Source: Camelus dromedarius
Taxonomy: Eukaryota
Assembly: GCF_036321535.1 (NCBI RefSeq)
Contig: NC_087436.1
Span: forward strand, 8,060,001-8,124,000
Length of the DNA: 64,000 nt
Reading direction: 5' to 3'
Positions 27,141-41,027 of this stretch are shown here, piece by piece (position 1 is the first letter of the stretch; every line of letters begins with the position of its first letter). A model generated the notes under the pieces. It saw only the letters and a list, made by a program, of their open reading frames with translations. It was not told the DNA's origin and ran no database searches. The translations under genes and the position numbers were made by a program.

Positions 27141-28676
27141 CTAGCTTTTCAAAGCAATCTTTGTTCCCATTCACTTTTAATTTTTTTTTTCCTCCTGGTT
27201 CCTTGCTGACTGAGGTTGTAATAAATCAACTACTTTATTTTGCATTCAATCAAAAAATTTAATTAATACAAAATAATTCCTTAGATGTTTGTGCTTGGAC
27301 TTGGACTTTTAAATTAGACTGTGCTGAGAAGCCACGGTGCTCAGTGGGCTCACATTGCAACAGTGCAGCCTGTGGTTCGAAGTTTTTGTGTTGGTTTGTC
27401 TTGGTGACTAATGGAGCACAAGTAATAGCTTTGTTGGCTATTTTCTCCAATATAATTATCTGTCACGGACATTTTTATGTATTTATTAAAGTAGAATGAA
27501 TAGCATGAAATACAGTATAATTAGAAAGCCAAAAGTACTAATATTTGAGGCAATTGTCAACAAATAAGAGAAGGTGCTTGTGTGAAGGAAAAGAACACTT
27601 TCTCACTTTTCTCTGTCTATCATAAAGGACAGAAGTCCTAAAACTGGGTCCTCTGAGCTGGAGCAACACGGAGGTCTAAATGGGGAAGTTTCCATCTCCC
27701 CACTCATAGTAACACAACATAAATTCTCCCTAAGGACAGACTTCTTACACCTCACTAGGGTCACACGCTTTTCTCTTTGGACTGTCATTTTTAAAACCTG
27801 ACAGGAAGACCATTTCTTACATTTCAGTCTTCATCAACTTAGAACTTGGGCAGAAGACATTTCAGCCTTGAAGGTCCAAGTGATCTCACAGTCAACACGT
27901 AATAAACTATGGAACTAAAAGTGCTGTTTTATGAGTGTGGAGGCATTTACTTGCCTTTGATATAAAGTACGAAATCTTGCTTCCTTGGGATATACATTGC
28001 AAAATAAAATATATAGATGTTTTTTTGAGCAGATACATAAGTCAGATTAGAAGAGCCTGGATTTTCAAGTTAAGAAATGGTGAAACCATTTAATCCATAG
28101 TACTAATTTTGCTGCACATCTTGAGTAATTGTATTATCTGGATTAAGATATTACTGTTGGACTATTGTCCAGAAGGTCATAACATAATTGTGTTTTGAAA
28201 AACTTTGTTATTATTTAAAATATGAAATTTCCAAGAAAACGAATCATTTTAAAACAATGCTGTATAATGGCACGGCATTTTTTTAAATTTGCAACCACTT
28301 TTACCCAAAAGTAGTTTACAACATCATAATGAAAGAAAAGAATAACTGGAAACTTAGAAAACCAGCTATTCACACCAAATTCAATTCTGACTTAAAATGG
28401 AATTAAACAGCTTTTCTGACTATGAGTAAATTTGAAAATACCATGTAATCTGGAATCACGTTCCTAGGCACAAGATATCTTTGCCATCTTTCGTTACTTT
28501 CATTCCTAAGAGCGAGACCCTGATTTTCCAATCTCAGCTTCACCATGTCCTAGTTAGGAGACTATGGTTAAATTATACAGTTTCACCAAATCTCAGTCTT
28601 TCCATTAGTAAAAATGTTTTGTGTCTGGGGCTCAATTTTGGTTCATGTTGATAGAAGTAAAAAGTATTGTGATGTG

Positions 28677-28768
28677 ACTGTAGAGCACAGGGAACTATAT
28701 TCAGTTTCTTATAATAAGCTATAATGGAAAAGAATCTGAAAATATATGTTAATATATGTATTTATGTT

Positions 28769-28799
<31 letters not shown>

Positions 28800-28890
28800 A
28801 TAACTGAATCTCTTTGCTGTCCACCTGAAACTAACATTGTAAATCAACTACACTGCAATAAAAAATAAAATTTAAAAACAAACGAACAAA
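28677..28890 (+). mobile_element. L1 3' end with internal (TA)n(TG)n
   Basis: actgtagagcacagggaactatattcag...ataactgaatctctttgctgtccacctgaaactaaca. TSD aaaagtattgtgatgtg / aaaagtattgcgaagtg. Confidence 0.92.
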
Positions 28891-30879
28891 AGTATTGCGA
28901 AGTGGAGTAGCTCTGGACATCTGGACCCACTTTTGATACATGCTGGGAAAGGTAGAGAAATCCACAAGGTACTGGTGAGAACCCTGGGCTTGATATTTGT
29001 ATGTGAGTCAAATTTTCTCATCATTTAAGCTATGGGAGCAAAGAAATGTAAGCTTAGTAATAATAGCAGTGATGACATATCATGCCACTTCTTAGGCTGT
29101 AGAATCCATTTCTTCTTTAGCGATCAAGCATTTCAAAACCTTTGTATTATTTAACACAAATTGAAATGCAGAGAGAGGAAGAATATAAAGACTATAGGAA
29201 ATGTTTAAAAACCCACAGTGAATTAATAGCAAAAAGTCTCTAGAACATCAATCTCCTCCTGAATTTCAGCTCAGTGCACATTTTAATAAAATGCCTTGAT
29301 TCTTGGCATTATAAAAGGTCCTTGGAGAGACATCTCCTGGAGACCTGCGTATATCTCTTCCATTATTTTAACAGGTTTCTCCTCTTCACCTGGAGGAACA
29401 AATATTACTCTGGTTATTTAAAATACATGTAAGAGTTTAGCTATGCATACATAATACTGTTTAATCCATGAGTATATTGTTTGCTCATTTTTATTTTCTT
29501 TTGAAAAATACAGCAGAAAACCAGCAATGCAAATTTGTGACTGAATTTACACTGGTATGTAACACTAATAAAACCTAGAACATTTTCTTTTCTGACTAGA
29601 TATTTTTATTTTTGGTTAAAATATCGTGTAGCACTTATTTTACATACATGTTACATAAATTTTTACATAAATGTTGTTGACTGACTATTTCATGCCTTCA
29701 AGGAACAAATTCCATAAACCATGAAAATACTTTTTAGACAACCATGACAACACCATCTTTCAGGCCAGAGGGCCACATCCTTAATAGTTAGTAAAGCAAT
29801 TTGCAGTAATGATGCCATATTGAAATGGAATTATCAAAAGATTCCTAGGTTTATTTAAGAATCAATATCTCTCATAGCAAGTTGTATCTTTTGCTGCTCA
29901 TCCTTCTAAGATATAAAATAAGTGTTGATTCAGTAGTATAACTAGACTTTTTTCTAATAGTTTTCTTGACATATGTTCCTATAAAGACAGCCACACATAT
30001 TGATGAGTTTTTGTCATAAGAGTTTATATGGCAAGAGATCTTAGGATATCAGTATTTTGCTGTTATACATTTCTGTTTCTTATTTATTTTTAAAATACTG
30101 TCTAACCGTATAAAAATGTCTCTCAGTTGATTTCTGAGATCTTCCACAAGTTCTCTCTACTACAACATTTTAGCTGGACTCAAAATATTTCTCTCTGTAG
30201 GCAAAATATAAAAAAAAAACTCAAAGGAAAACATTTAAATAATTACTTAAAACATCAATGTTTTCTTTCAGTTCACTGAGCCCATCCTTTCCTTGGTGAG
30301 ACAACTCTGAATTTAACTGGCTGCTCGAAACAAGCAAAAGGAATACATTTTTTAACCTATATAGTGCTTTTAGAGTGCCATTTTTTCCTTAGAAAAAATA
30401 TTTTTATAATAAACAGAAGTAAATTCGTTTTAGAAAGCTTTTTTTCTACAGAAGCATGCTAAATATTTGCAGAATGCAGTACATCTAGAAGTGCTATATA
30501 TGGTTCCTTGTAGATTCAATCTAAATAGATTAATTATTTGGGATTATTCAAAGCCAACTAAACGATCATCATGATTTATAAGAGACCTCTTTTACTAGAA
30601 CGTCTAGCTACCCCTAAGTCGCAATAAATATAATAAATGAAACAATACATTAAGATCTCGTGATATTGGACTTGGAAGCTTTGATCATTTTAAAAGCTTG
30701 AACAAAGTAGTAAAACTAGTTCTGAAACTGACATAGCGTTTTTTATTTGCTGAACTTGGCTTTGCGTAAATGATTTGGAATACGCCATGTATTTGAATAT
30801 TTAGTTTAGGCGTACCTGGCTGTGTAACAAATGAAAAAGCTTTGTAAAACATGATGTGTTTCTTCTCCACTCGATTTCA

Positions 30880-31920
30880 GTCAGCATGTCAAGATGATCA
30901 TCATCTGTTGCCTTTGTCTTAGCTGCCATCTCTGTCCATCTTTGCATGGGTGACTCCTTCTGAACACTCCAGGTTCATCTTATATATTATTTTTGAAAGA
31001 AGACTTTCCTGTCCATCTAAGCAAATAGCTACCCAACCACTGCTATAAGAGACGTTATTTTGATGTATTGCTACGTACATTGGATATTGCGTTGTCTAAT
31101 TTTCTTTAACCTCTTCTGCTAAAAAGACTCATGAATGTAAAGACATCATTTGACAGGTGGAATAGCATTCTCTAGTAGGTACACAACCACCTGGCACTAT
31201 AGGATGCTCAATCCAAGCTGAAAAAATTTTTGTTAAAAGAATAAATGACAGTTGAAAAAAAATAAATGAATAAATGAAAATGTTTTGCCTATCACATTCC
31301 AGATATAAAAATATAATGACCACTGTTAATGAGAATATTGAAAATAAAGACAGCTGTCAGGAGAGATTTAAAGTGATACAAGCTGCTTTAAGAGCAATCT
31401 TCAACACTAACCAAAACCAAATATGTAAATATCTTTGTGCCTTATAATGCAAGTAGAGAAAACACATTAAAGAAGAAAGACATTAATTTTTGCTAATTTT
31501 ACTAATATTCATGTTACTAACCAAAATTTATGGAAAATAATATAACCATTAATGAGAATTTATTCATTCAACATTTTTTTTGCACTTCTTTGCTCAAGAC
31601 ACAGATCTGGCATTTGAGCTACATCAGAAAAAAATATAATAATATCTGCCCTTTTGGCCTTATGGCACATTTCAGCAGATGAAAGAAAAAGTAAACATTA
31701 GACATAAGAAATCAAGTATCATAAATCAAAGCCATTTAAAAAATAAGAGCTGAGTAAGTTGGTCTGAAATCCTAGGGAAAACATAATTGTATTCATAAAA
31801 AGAGGTCTTGAAGCCTTCATTAGGAGGAAATGGGTTGATCTGAATGGTTATCCGAACAATTCAGGCAGAAGCAAGAGACAGTACAGAAGTCCTGAGGCAA
31901 AGGATGCCTGGCATGTCCTA
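30880..31920. mobile_element. L2 fragments (+ at ~30880-31280, - at ~31550-31920)
   Basis: cctggcactataggatgctcaat...aataaatgaataaatga terminus, and tttattcattcaacatttt...aggcagaagcaagag...cctgaggcaaagg. Confidence 0.55.
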
Positions 31921-32474
31921 CTCAACATGAATTCCTAAAATGCTTAAAGAAATCTGACCATATGCTGTGGAGGACCATACTGCACTGATCTAATTTACAT
32001 ACAGTATGACTTATGGACAAATATAAGAACAGAGAGAATGAAAGCAATTAAGTAAATATTTACAAAAATATCATAAAAATGATTCTTTTTTTCTGAAATT
32101 TGAGATTTTATATTATTTTATAGGAAACATTTGTGAACAGAGAACCGCCATTAGATATATTTGGTAAAATATTCAAACTATAAAATATTAAAGAAAGCAC
32201 TCATAAATGAATAGAAATCTCAAAATAGAAATAAAACTGAAAGTTTATTAATGAAAGTAATATTTACATATTTATATTTATATAAAGATATATACAAATA
32301 ATATATCTCAAGAGTTCTATGTACAGTCAACTGTAATTAGAGTGTGGATGCAATATAAAAATACTCTTGGATAGATTTGCAAAGATATTATCTCCCTAAT
32401 ATTCTTTATGGGTAAACAATTCAAATGCCTACTTCTTATATAGTGAAAACTGAATAAAAACAAGAACTAATGCT

Positions 32475-33178
32475 TAAAAAACTAAAAGTAGAGTTACCAT
32501 ATGATCCAGCAATTCCACTCCTGGCAAATATCTGGAGGAAACTCTAATTTGAAAAGATATGTGAGCCCCAATGTTCATAGCAGCACTATTTACACTAGCT
32601 AAGATATGGAAGCAACCTAAATGTCCATCCACAGAAGATTGGATAAAGCAGTTGTGTTATATGTGTGTGTGTGTATATATATATACATTATATATATATA
32701 TAGGGAACATTAGTCATGAAAAAGATTGAAATAATGCCATCTGAAATAACATGGTTGGATGTATAGATTATCATAGTAAGTCAGTCAGACAGAGAAAGAC
32801 AAAAATCATATGATAGCACTTATATGTGGAATTTAAAAAAATGATACAAATGAACTTATTTACAAACTGGAAATAGAATCACAGACATAGAAAACAAACT
32901 TTAGTTACCAAAGGGGAAGAGGAGGAGGCATAAATTAAGAGTTTGGGATTAACAGATGTACATTACTGTATACAAAATAGATAAACAATAAGGACCTACT
33001 GTATAGCACAGAGAACTATATTCAATATCTTGCAATAACCCATAATGGAAGATAATCTGAAAAATAATATATATATATGTATGTATATATAATGGAATCA
33101 CTTTGCTGTACCCCTGAAACTAACAGAGCACTGCAAATCAACTATACTTCAATTAAAATTTAAAAAATAAATAAATAC
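32475..33178 (+). mobile_element. L1 ORF2 C-terminus and 3'UTR
   Basis: gagttaccatatgatccagcaattccactcctgg...ccaatgttcatagcagcactattt...aaatcaactatacttcaattaaaa. Confidence 0.93.
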
Positions 33179-33914
33179 TTGGTCAAGACCACTCTCAATG
33201 CAGTACAGAGTGCCAGAGACAGGGGACTCAGAAGACATGGAAATTAAGATCTGCATATACTGGATATAAAATAAAGTCACCTTCAGTTATTTCTGCTAAC
33301 TGGGGCTTTGCCAACATGACAAATCTCTAAACTTTGCAAAAAATGGCAGCTATGATTCATCTACACAAGTTGAATCACCCCACAGACATTGTGCGTGCCT
33401 AGTACAAAATTAGCATGTTAAGAGATTTGCCAAAATAAGCTTAAATTCAGAGGTTTTATCTTCCCGACAACTTTTATCCACTGATTGTCGCGCTGATGAG
33501 CCTAACAAAGTGTCTCCTTCTCTCAGATACCACTGAATTACTGCTACGATCTGTTGCCATATTTGTAACTGTTCTAAGAACGTGATTTCACCTGAGATGA
33601 CTGCTTTAGGCCAGATGACTGGGTGGTAGGGGCCTTCCCTAAATCTTAAGGGTATTAGAAGAGCATAACATTGGTCTTTCTTTTTCTTATTTCTTGTCTC
33701 TATACATTGAGATCTACCAGAGCTTTGACATTTGACCAATTCAGTTGCTCTCAATTCTATTCACAGTGCCCTCTCTTGTCACCTTGATCAGAAAATAAAA
33801 TGAGGAAAGATGATTCTTTGGACTTTGTTATAACTCAAGAATTTTAGAATTTGAATTGTATCTTAAAAGGGCCAGATCATTTGATTTTGGCCTTTAATGT
33901 CTTTCAAGAGGCAG

Positions 33915-34018
33915 TATAAAAATAGATAAAAAACAGATTTCTTCTGTATAGCACAGGGAACTATACTCAATATCTTGTAATAACCTTTAATCAAAAATAA
34001 TATGAAAATGAATATATG

Positions 34019-34068
<50 letters not shown>

Positions 34069-34158
34069 TGACTGGGACAATATGGTGTACACCAGAAATT
34101 GACACATTGTAACTGACTAAACTTCAATTAAACAAAACAAACAAACAAAAAAAAAAAA
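33915..34158 (+). mobile_element. Lineage-specific L1 3' end with expanded (TA)n (34010-34066)
   Basis: ctgtatagcacagggaactatactcaatatc...gcatgactgggaca...gtacaccagaaattgacacattg, then an A tail. Confidence 0.92.
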
Positions 34159-34410
34159 CAGTGTAGCATAATTCCTATTGCAAGGCCTTGTTGCTTCTTA
34201 AGAAAGAACCAAACTGTATCGGTTGCCTGGATTCCAACTCAGGATCCACTAGCTAGTAGTTGTGAAAACTTGGATAAGATGCTTAAATGTTGTGCAAAAC
34301 TGAGATATCTGTGGGGCCACACTCAAGGCATTTTTGTGAGAATTAACTGAGATATTATTTCTAAACTACCTTGAACAATGTCTTCACATGTTAAAGACTA
34401 CGTGTGCTTA
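34159..34410 (+). mobile_element. MIR
   Basis: gcctggattccaactcaggatccactagctagtagttgtgaaaacttggataagatgcttaa...ttgtgagaattaactgagata. Confidence 0.65.
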
Positions 34411-35779
34411 TTTTTAGCACCTTGGGATATTAAATTGAGTGGATTTAACATTTAATTTTTCTCTGGAGCTTGATGATAAAAAGATTTTTTAAAAATTCAA
34501 TCAGGGTCACTTTAAATTCTTCATTATATATTTGAAATTATTTAAGAGTTGGAAAGTGTGTAAGATGCATTAACAAGTACAGATTGACATTAATTTAGTA
34601 AACTTTCTAGTTACCTGTTACAAAGAATAACCTAAGTCTACACAATTAAAATGTATTTAATTTTTGAAGTAGTTAACATCTCTAAAGATGGAATCTCTAT
34701 TTCTCTGGAATAAAAAAAAAAAAAAACTACTTACAGCTTTTCAATTGTTCAGCATTTCTCTCTAATGACAATTCACCAGGTAATCTCTAATCCCGATGCA
34801 TGCATATATTTTTTCTTCAAATAGCTCAAACTCATTATCCTCTGTTTCTAAAGGATGCTTTCATTTTTAACACACAACACAGAAGCTAATTTTATAACCT
34901 TATTTAATATCTTTACCATCTTTATAACCTACCTGTGGTATTTTGTCTTTATTATACACATAAAATGTTCCTTTGCCAGAATTTTAAGTGGAGTATACAC
35001 TTTCATAATTAAAGAGCTGTATGTATGTAAAGCATACAGAACTAAAAGCAAAACCTGTGAAGAATGACTTTTTGTGCAATGATCATCAGTTGAATCTGGA
35101 AAATGAACATATTCAAGTACAAATCTCAAATTGTGCATTTTCCTTATGAAGTGTGATTTAGGATCATTCTTACCAATAAAACTGAAATGTTAATTGTCCA
35201 TTATCAATGTTTGTTGAATAAGAACTGAAGAAAACATAATAGCACAGATTTTTTTTCAACTTTTGAAAGTGTTTATTTACTTATTTTTATTTTATGTCTT
35301 AGTTTGATGGGCACAAATGCTTGAGCTTCTCTGCTTAGGAAAATGGGCAACAGCCATAGGAGAAATGTTTCCTGTTTCTAAAGTTTCTGTGAGTCATTTG
35401 GGGAGAATTTTAAAGTGAATCATTTATCTGACTATTTTTGCTGAAGATTTATGGTCTAGTCTCTATGGATGATTATCTGAAATATTATATTTGCACTAAT
35501 ATCATAACAACATAGAAGTTTTACATATCCTTTCTTAATCTCTAACAAAGTTCCCCTTTAGAGAGTTTCAAACGGACAGTCATGCATTTTGCTGAGTTTT
35601 CACTATTTTCAGATTCATATGATAATGTGTTAAGTGTATTTCAAATATTTGAGCTTCATAAAGTAGGATAATCTGTAGATTGAAGAATTAATAAAATGTA
35701 AAAACTGAGTTAGGGGCAATGATGTTTTCTATTAAGGCACTACTTATGGTGTGGGCAAATTATAAACATTGTTAAACTA

Positions 35780-36200
35780 TCGGTTTGTCGATAAAGCTAG
35801 AATCAGAATGTAAAAGGAAGTCATTTATAGGAAGAACGGCAACAACCGAGAAGAGTGGGAAAAGCAGAGACACCCCAATGAACTAGATGTCCAGTCCTGG
35901 GTTCACAGGCATGCCTGCAGCCATGCGCACGGAAGCAGCTGGCTGGTGGCCGCTGAGGTACAGTCGTGCGAATGCGCTTTATAACCCAGAACAGGTCTGA
36001 TGGATGCTCGTGGACTGCATGCAACTGGAACTTTCTCTCCGTGCATCGGAGACTCCCACTGGTTGACTGTTTGAATCAATCAGCAAAGACAAGGCCCCTT
36101 AAGATCTTGTCTTAACATCTCCCTCAGGATTAGTCTCCGATGTGTTCACAGCTATAATCCTGCACTCCACAACGACCTCAAATTTCATCACGTTAATCAC
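35780..36200. promoter_or_regulatory. CpG-retaining unique patch; candidate promoter or enhancer
   Basis: About 15 CpGs in ~420 nt within very AT-rich flanks. TATAAA on the minus strand (~35978-35983), NRF1-like gccatgcgca, E-box cagctg. Confidence 0.3.
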
Positions 36201-39059
36201 ACAAGCTAAATAAAAGGCATGCAAAACCCTTATTTCTGACATGTATGTATATAAATACATTTCACAAGCTTTGAGAATTCGCATCTTTCTCTATATGCAT
36301 AGATTAGATGAGGGCTCACACTTTGTGGAATGTCCGAACACAAGCATGCTAGATTTGTGCTTTTTTGTAGCATATATTTATGTACAAGAATCCATAGTCC
36401 ACATGAAATTTCACATTGTGAAACAGAGTGAAGATACGAGGGCTTAATAATTCTTTAAAAAACAGATTTCATAACGAATTTAAATAAGTTATTCAATTAT
36501 TTGAACCTTCTTTGTTGTGTTAGGTATCCCAGATTAGTGCTTTTTTATTCTCCAGGTGATTTCCTTGATTTTGAGCTTTTCATAATGTGTTTGTTCATTT
36601 ATCTTTGCTTTTCAGAATCATGGCATTTATTAAAATAATACTCTGCAGTGTTAAAAGTGGTTTGCCTGAAATCTGCTGATAATTGATACAGAAGTTCATA
36701 TAAATTCAAAAACATGAAATAAAACAAAAACAAAACAAAAATATGTTATTGTGGAATAAGAAAAAAACTTCTTATAGTAATATTATACTTTTAATTCCTC
36801 ATACTAAATGTATCATATATTTTCAAACTGAAAAAAAAGTGTAACATGAATACAGAATTAACATATCATCAGGGTAAAAAACAAAATTATGGTCATCTAG
36901 GAGATAAATGATTCTGTTACTATAACCTTGATACTTAAATAGATACAACCTTAAACATTTACACAGAGTAACACCTTTAGTGCATTGATGTGTTACACTA
37001 TATGGACTTACACACTATTTTATTAGATTAAATGAGTAAGAATGGAAAAATGAATGAAAAGTCACTTTTTTTTCAATTTCACTAATAATTTCAAAGGAAC
37101 AGCTTTGTGTTACATTGATTTTCTCTATTGCTTTCTGCTTGTGATTTAACTGAATTTTGCTAATTTTTTTCATTTCCCTTCTGCTTACTTTAGTATTACA
37201 TTGCTCTTTTTTTTTCTCTGGTTTCCTGGAGTAAAAGATTGGATTATTTATTTTGAGTATTTTCTATCATAGGCATTCAGTGTCATAAATTTCCTTCTAA
37301 GCACTGCTTCCTTCCATACATCCTACAGGTTTTGATGAGTTTTTTGTATTCACTTAGTTCAAACTATTGTTTTAATTTCTCTTATGACTCCTTCTTTGAC
37401 CTCTATGTTATTTATAAGTGTGTTGTTTATTCTCCAAAATTTTGGGAATTTTTTTGGTATCTTTTTGTTATTAATTTCTAATTTAACTTCATTACTGTCT
37501 GAGAATATACTTTGTACGATAATATATTCTTCTAAAATTTGTTCAGTGTATTTTATGGCCTAGAAATTGGACTGCTTTGGTGAATGTTTCATGTGAGTTT
37601 GAGAAGAATTTGTATTTTGCTGTTGGATGGAATGTTCTCTGTAAATGAGATCAAGTTGGTTAATACGTTTGTTTAGGTCTTCTATAGCCTCATTTATTTT
37701 TTGCCTGTTTGATCTGCTAATTATTGAAAAGAAGATGTTGAAGTCGGATTTGTGTGTTTCTCCTTTGACCACTTAAAGTTTTTGGCTTATGTATTTTGAC
37801 TTTCTCTTATTAGGTCATAGATGTTAAGACTATTATGTTTTCTTGGAGAATCATTATGAATACCCCTGATAACATTCCTTGGTTTAAGGTCTGATCTATC
37901 TGGAATTAATGTAGCTTTTTCAACTTTCTTTTTATTATTATCAACCTGATATATCTTTTGACATTATTTTGCTTTTAGCATATGTGAATCTTTATATTTA
38001 AAATGGGTTTCTTTCAGATGATATATAATGGATTTTGTCATTTTTATCCACTCTGACAATTACTACCTTTTAATATGTGCTTTTAGGCGTTTAATGTGAT
38101 TATTGACAGAATTGGATTAATATCTGACATGTATGCAACCATTTTCTATTCATTACATTTATTATTCTTTTTCCCTTCTATCATTCTGTATTCTCTGGTT
38201 TTAATCTAGCATTTTATAATTAAATGTTTCAATTGTTATCAGTTCTCTTACACTATTAAATATATTTATTTGTAAGATTTAAGTGATTGTTCTAGAGTTT
38301 ATAATATACATTTTAACTAATTTAAATGCAGCTTCATATAACAGTACACTCTATCATGTGTAGTGCAGGTAACTTCCCATATTCCAATTCCTCCTTTCTG
38401 TCCCTTGTGATACTATTGTCCCTCATTACAGTAATCATGTACTCCAATCACCCAATGGAACATTCTTACTATTGTTCCATTAAAAACAGAGTTTTCTTTT
38501 AGATCAATAAAATATAAGAAAATAAAATTACTTTAACCTCATTTATTTCTTTTCTGATGTGTTTACTTTCTTTATGTACATCCACGTGTCTGACCAATAT
38601 TTTCCTTCTGCCTGAAGAATTTTTAACATTTCTTGCAGAGCAGGACTGCTGGCAATGGATTCTGTTAGTGTTTTTGTTTTTGTTTTGTCTGAGAAAATCT
38701 CTATTTCTCCTTCACTTTTGGTAGATAATTTCAATGGACATAGAATTATAGGTTGATGACTTTGCTCTTTTGACATGCTCCTTACTGACATGGTTTCTGA
38801 TGGGATGTCAACTGTGATTCTTTAGCTGGCTCTTTGATACCTAAGATGCCCACCTCCTCTCTGTCTTCATTCAAAACTTCCTACTATCTGCGGTTTTCTG
38901 CAACTTGGATATAATTTATCTGGGTGTTTTATGTTGTTGTTGTTATGTTTTAGTTTAATGTTTATTCTGTTTAATGTTCTCTAAGTTTCCTGAGTCTGTG
39001 GTTTGGTGGTTTGATGTCTGTCATTAAATTGGAAAGTTTTGAGCCATTAATTTTTTAAT

Positions 39060-39362
39060 TTTACTTTTAACAGCTTTATTGAGATACAGCTCCTATAGTA
39101 TAAAATACATCCATTGAAAGTGTACAATTCAATGGTTTTTAGTATAGTCACTGATATGTTCTATCATCAGAAAGGTCAATTTTAGAACATTTTTATCACT
39201 TCAAAAAGAAACCCTGTGCTCTTTAGCTATAATGATCCATCCTTTCATCACCTTCCCATCCCCTAGGCAACCACTAATGTACTTTCTGTCCCTATAAATT
39301 TCCCTATTCTGGACATTTATATGAATACACTTATATGAATGTATTATTTTGTAACTGGCTTC
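39060..39362 (-). mobile_element. L1MB-like 3' end nested in the older L1
   Basis: aacagctttattgagata...aaagtgtacaattcaatggtttttagtata...ccctaggcaaccactaat...cctattctggacattt. Confidence 0.85.
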
Positions 39363-39506
39363 TTTCTTTATATTTTCAATGTTTTGGCCATTATTACTAA
39401 AAGTATTTCCTCTGCACTTTCCCTTTCTCTTTCTTTTATTCCACTTATGTATATGTTGTACATTTTTGTAACTGTCTCCCTCTTTGTTTTGTTATTTTTT
39501 AAAAAT

Positions 39507-39790
39507 TTTACTTTATTGAGTCATAGTCAGTTTACTGTGTTGTGTCAAATTCCAGTGTAGAGCACAATGTTTCAGTTATACATGAACATGCATATATTCA
39601 TTGTCACATTCTTTTTCACTGTGAGCTACCACAGGATCCTGTATACATTTCCCTGTGTTATACAGTATGATCTGGTTTATCTATTCTGCATATGCCTGTC
39701 AGTATCTACAAATCTCAAACTCCCAGTCTGTCCCTTCCCACCCCTCTCCCCCTGGCAACCACAAGTTTGTATTCTATGTCTATGACTCTT
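39507..39790 (-). mobile_element. Young camelid-type L1 3' end nested in the older L1
   Basis: tttattgagtcatagtcagttta...aaattccagtgtagagcacaat...cccctggcaaccacaagtttgtattctatgtc. Same terminus type as 14990-15067. Confidence 0.9.
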
Positions 39791-40414
39791 GTTTTGTTCT
39801 TTTTGTTTGTTTTTCATTCTTCTTTTTTTCTCCTCTTTGCATTTCAGTTTGGAAAGTTACTATTAACAGATCTTCAAACTCACTGACTCTTTCCTCAGCC
39901 ATGTTAAACCTACTGATAAACCTGTCAAAACAGTCTTCATTGCCATTATAGTGTTTTTAAAAAAATTATTATTACTAGCCCTTTCTTTTGATTTCTTCTT
40001 AGAATTGCCGTCTCTCTGCTTATATTACCTATCTATACTTGCATGTTTCCTACTTTTTCCGTTGGGGTTTTTTTTTATCATGTTAATTATAGTTATTTTA
40101 AATTCTCAGGCTGACAATCCAACATCTTTGTCATATCTAAGTCTGGTTCTGATGCTTGCTTTTTCTCTTCACAGTGCTTTTTCTGGACTTTCAGCATGCC
40201 TTGAATTCTTGATTGGAAGCCAGGTATGCTTTATTAGGTAATAGGACATGAGGAGTATCGGCCTTCAGTGTGAAATTTTATGCTAACCTGCCTACGAGTT
40301 GAACTGTGTTTAAAGTTGGCAATAACTGTAGGTACAAGAGGGTCGGGGATGTTTTAATTGTCCTTATTTTCATCTCCCTTCTTGACTGTGGGCCTCATTA
40401 AGTACTCCTCCCCA

Positions 40415-41027
40415 GAGAATCTCTGCCTACAGAACAATTCTGTTCAAACCTCTGCACTAAGGAACCACCAAACTCCAGCCTGGCTTCTTAGCAGCATGAA
40501 GCTGTGAGCTAAGGTGGCCTAAGCCCCCCATTAAAACACTGCCTGATAAAGTTCAGAGCTGCCAGGGGAGCTGACTGCGTGTTCTAGCCAACACCTGAGA
40601 GGCCCTTGACCTCCTTTTCTTAGAGCATTAATGGTAATAGTTGACAATTGTGAATGTGTATTTCTTAGAAGTGTCCTTCTCAAGGGCCTGAGACCAGCCT
40701 TTTAAAATAAAGTCGTCAGGAAGTATAGGGCCTCCTGGCCCCCCCTTCCCACCCACCATCCATGTGCGGGGACAGAATCCTGCCTTAGATCAGGGCCTGC
40801 TAGCAAACACACCTGGCCTAATCTCATTTCCATGAACCAAACCACTGTGGCTCTTTGCTTTTCTGACTGCACTGGGTCTCTGCTCATCCGCCTCCCTCAT
40901 CTTCCTTCAAGAACACGAGGTCACCTCTGCACATGTTGGAAAGAAGCTCAGCCCTCTCCTGTCAGTACTTACCGAGTGAATCTGTTTCTGCCCCTTTAAC
41001 TGATGTCTGGCTGTGCTTATCTTTGAC
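40415..41027 (+). mobile_element. Solo ERV1 LTR, MER31/MER67-like, inside the L1 5' region
   Basis: tgttctagccaacacctgag...cttttcttagagcatt...ttgacaattgtgaat...cctttaactgatgtctggctgtgcttatctttgac terminus. Confidence 0.65.

Noticed and set aside
33410..33754. 114-aa minus-strand ORF (and the 116-aa ORF at 9735-10085)
   Set aside because: Non-ATG starts, no recognisable homology and no coherent exon boundaries.
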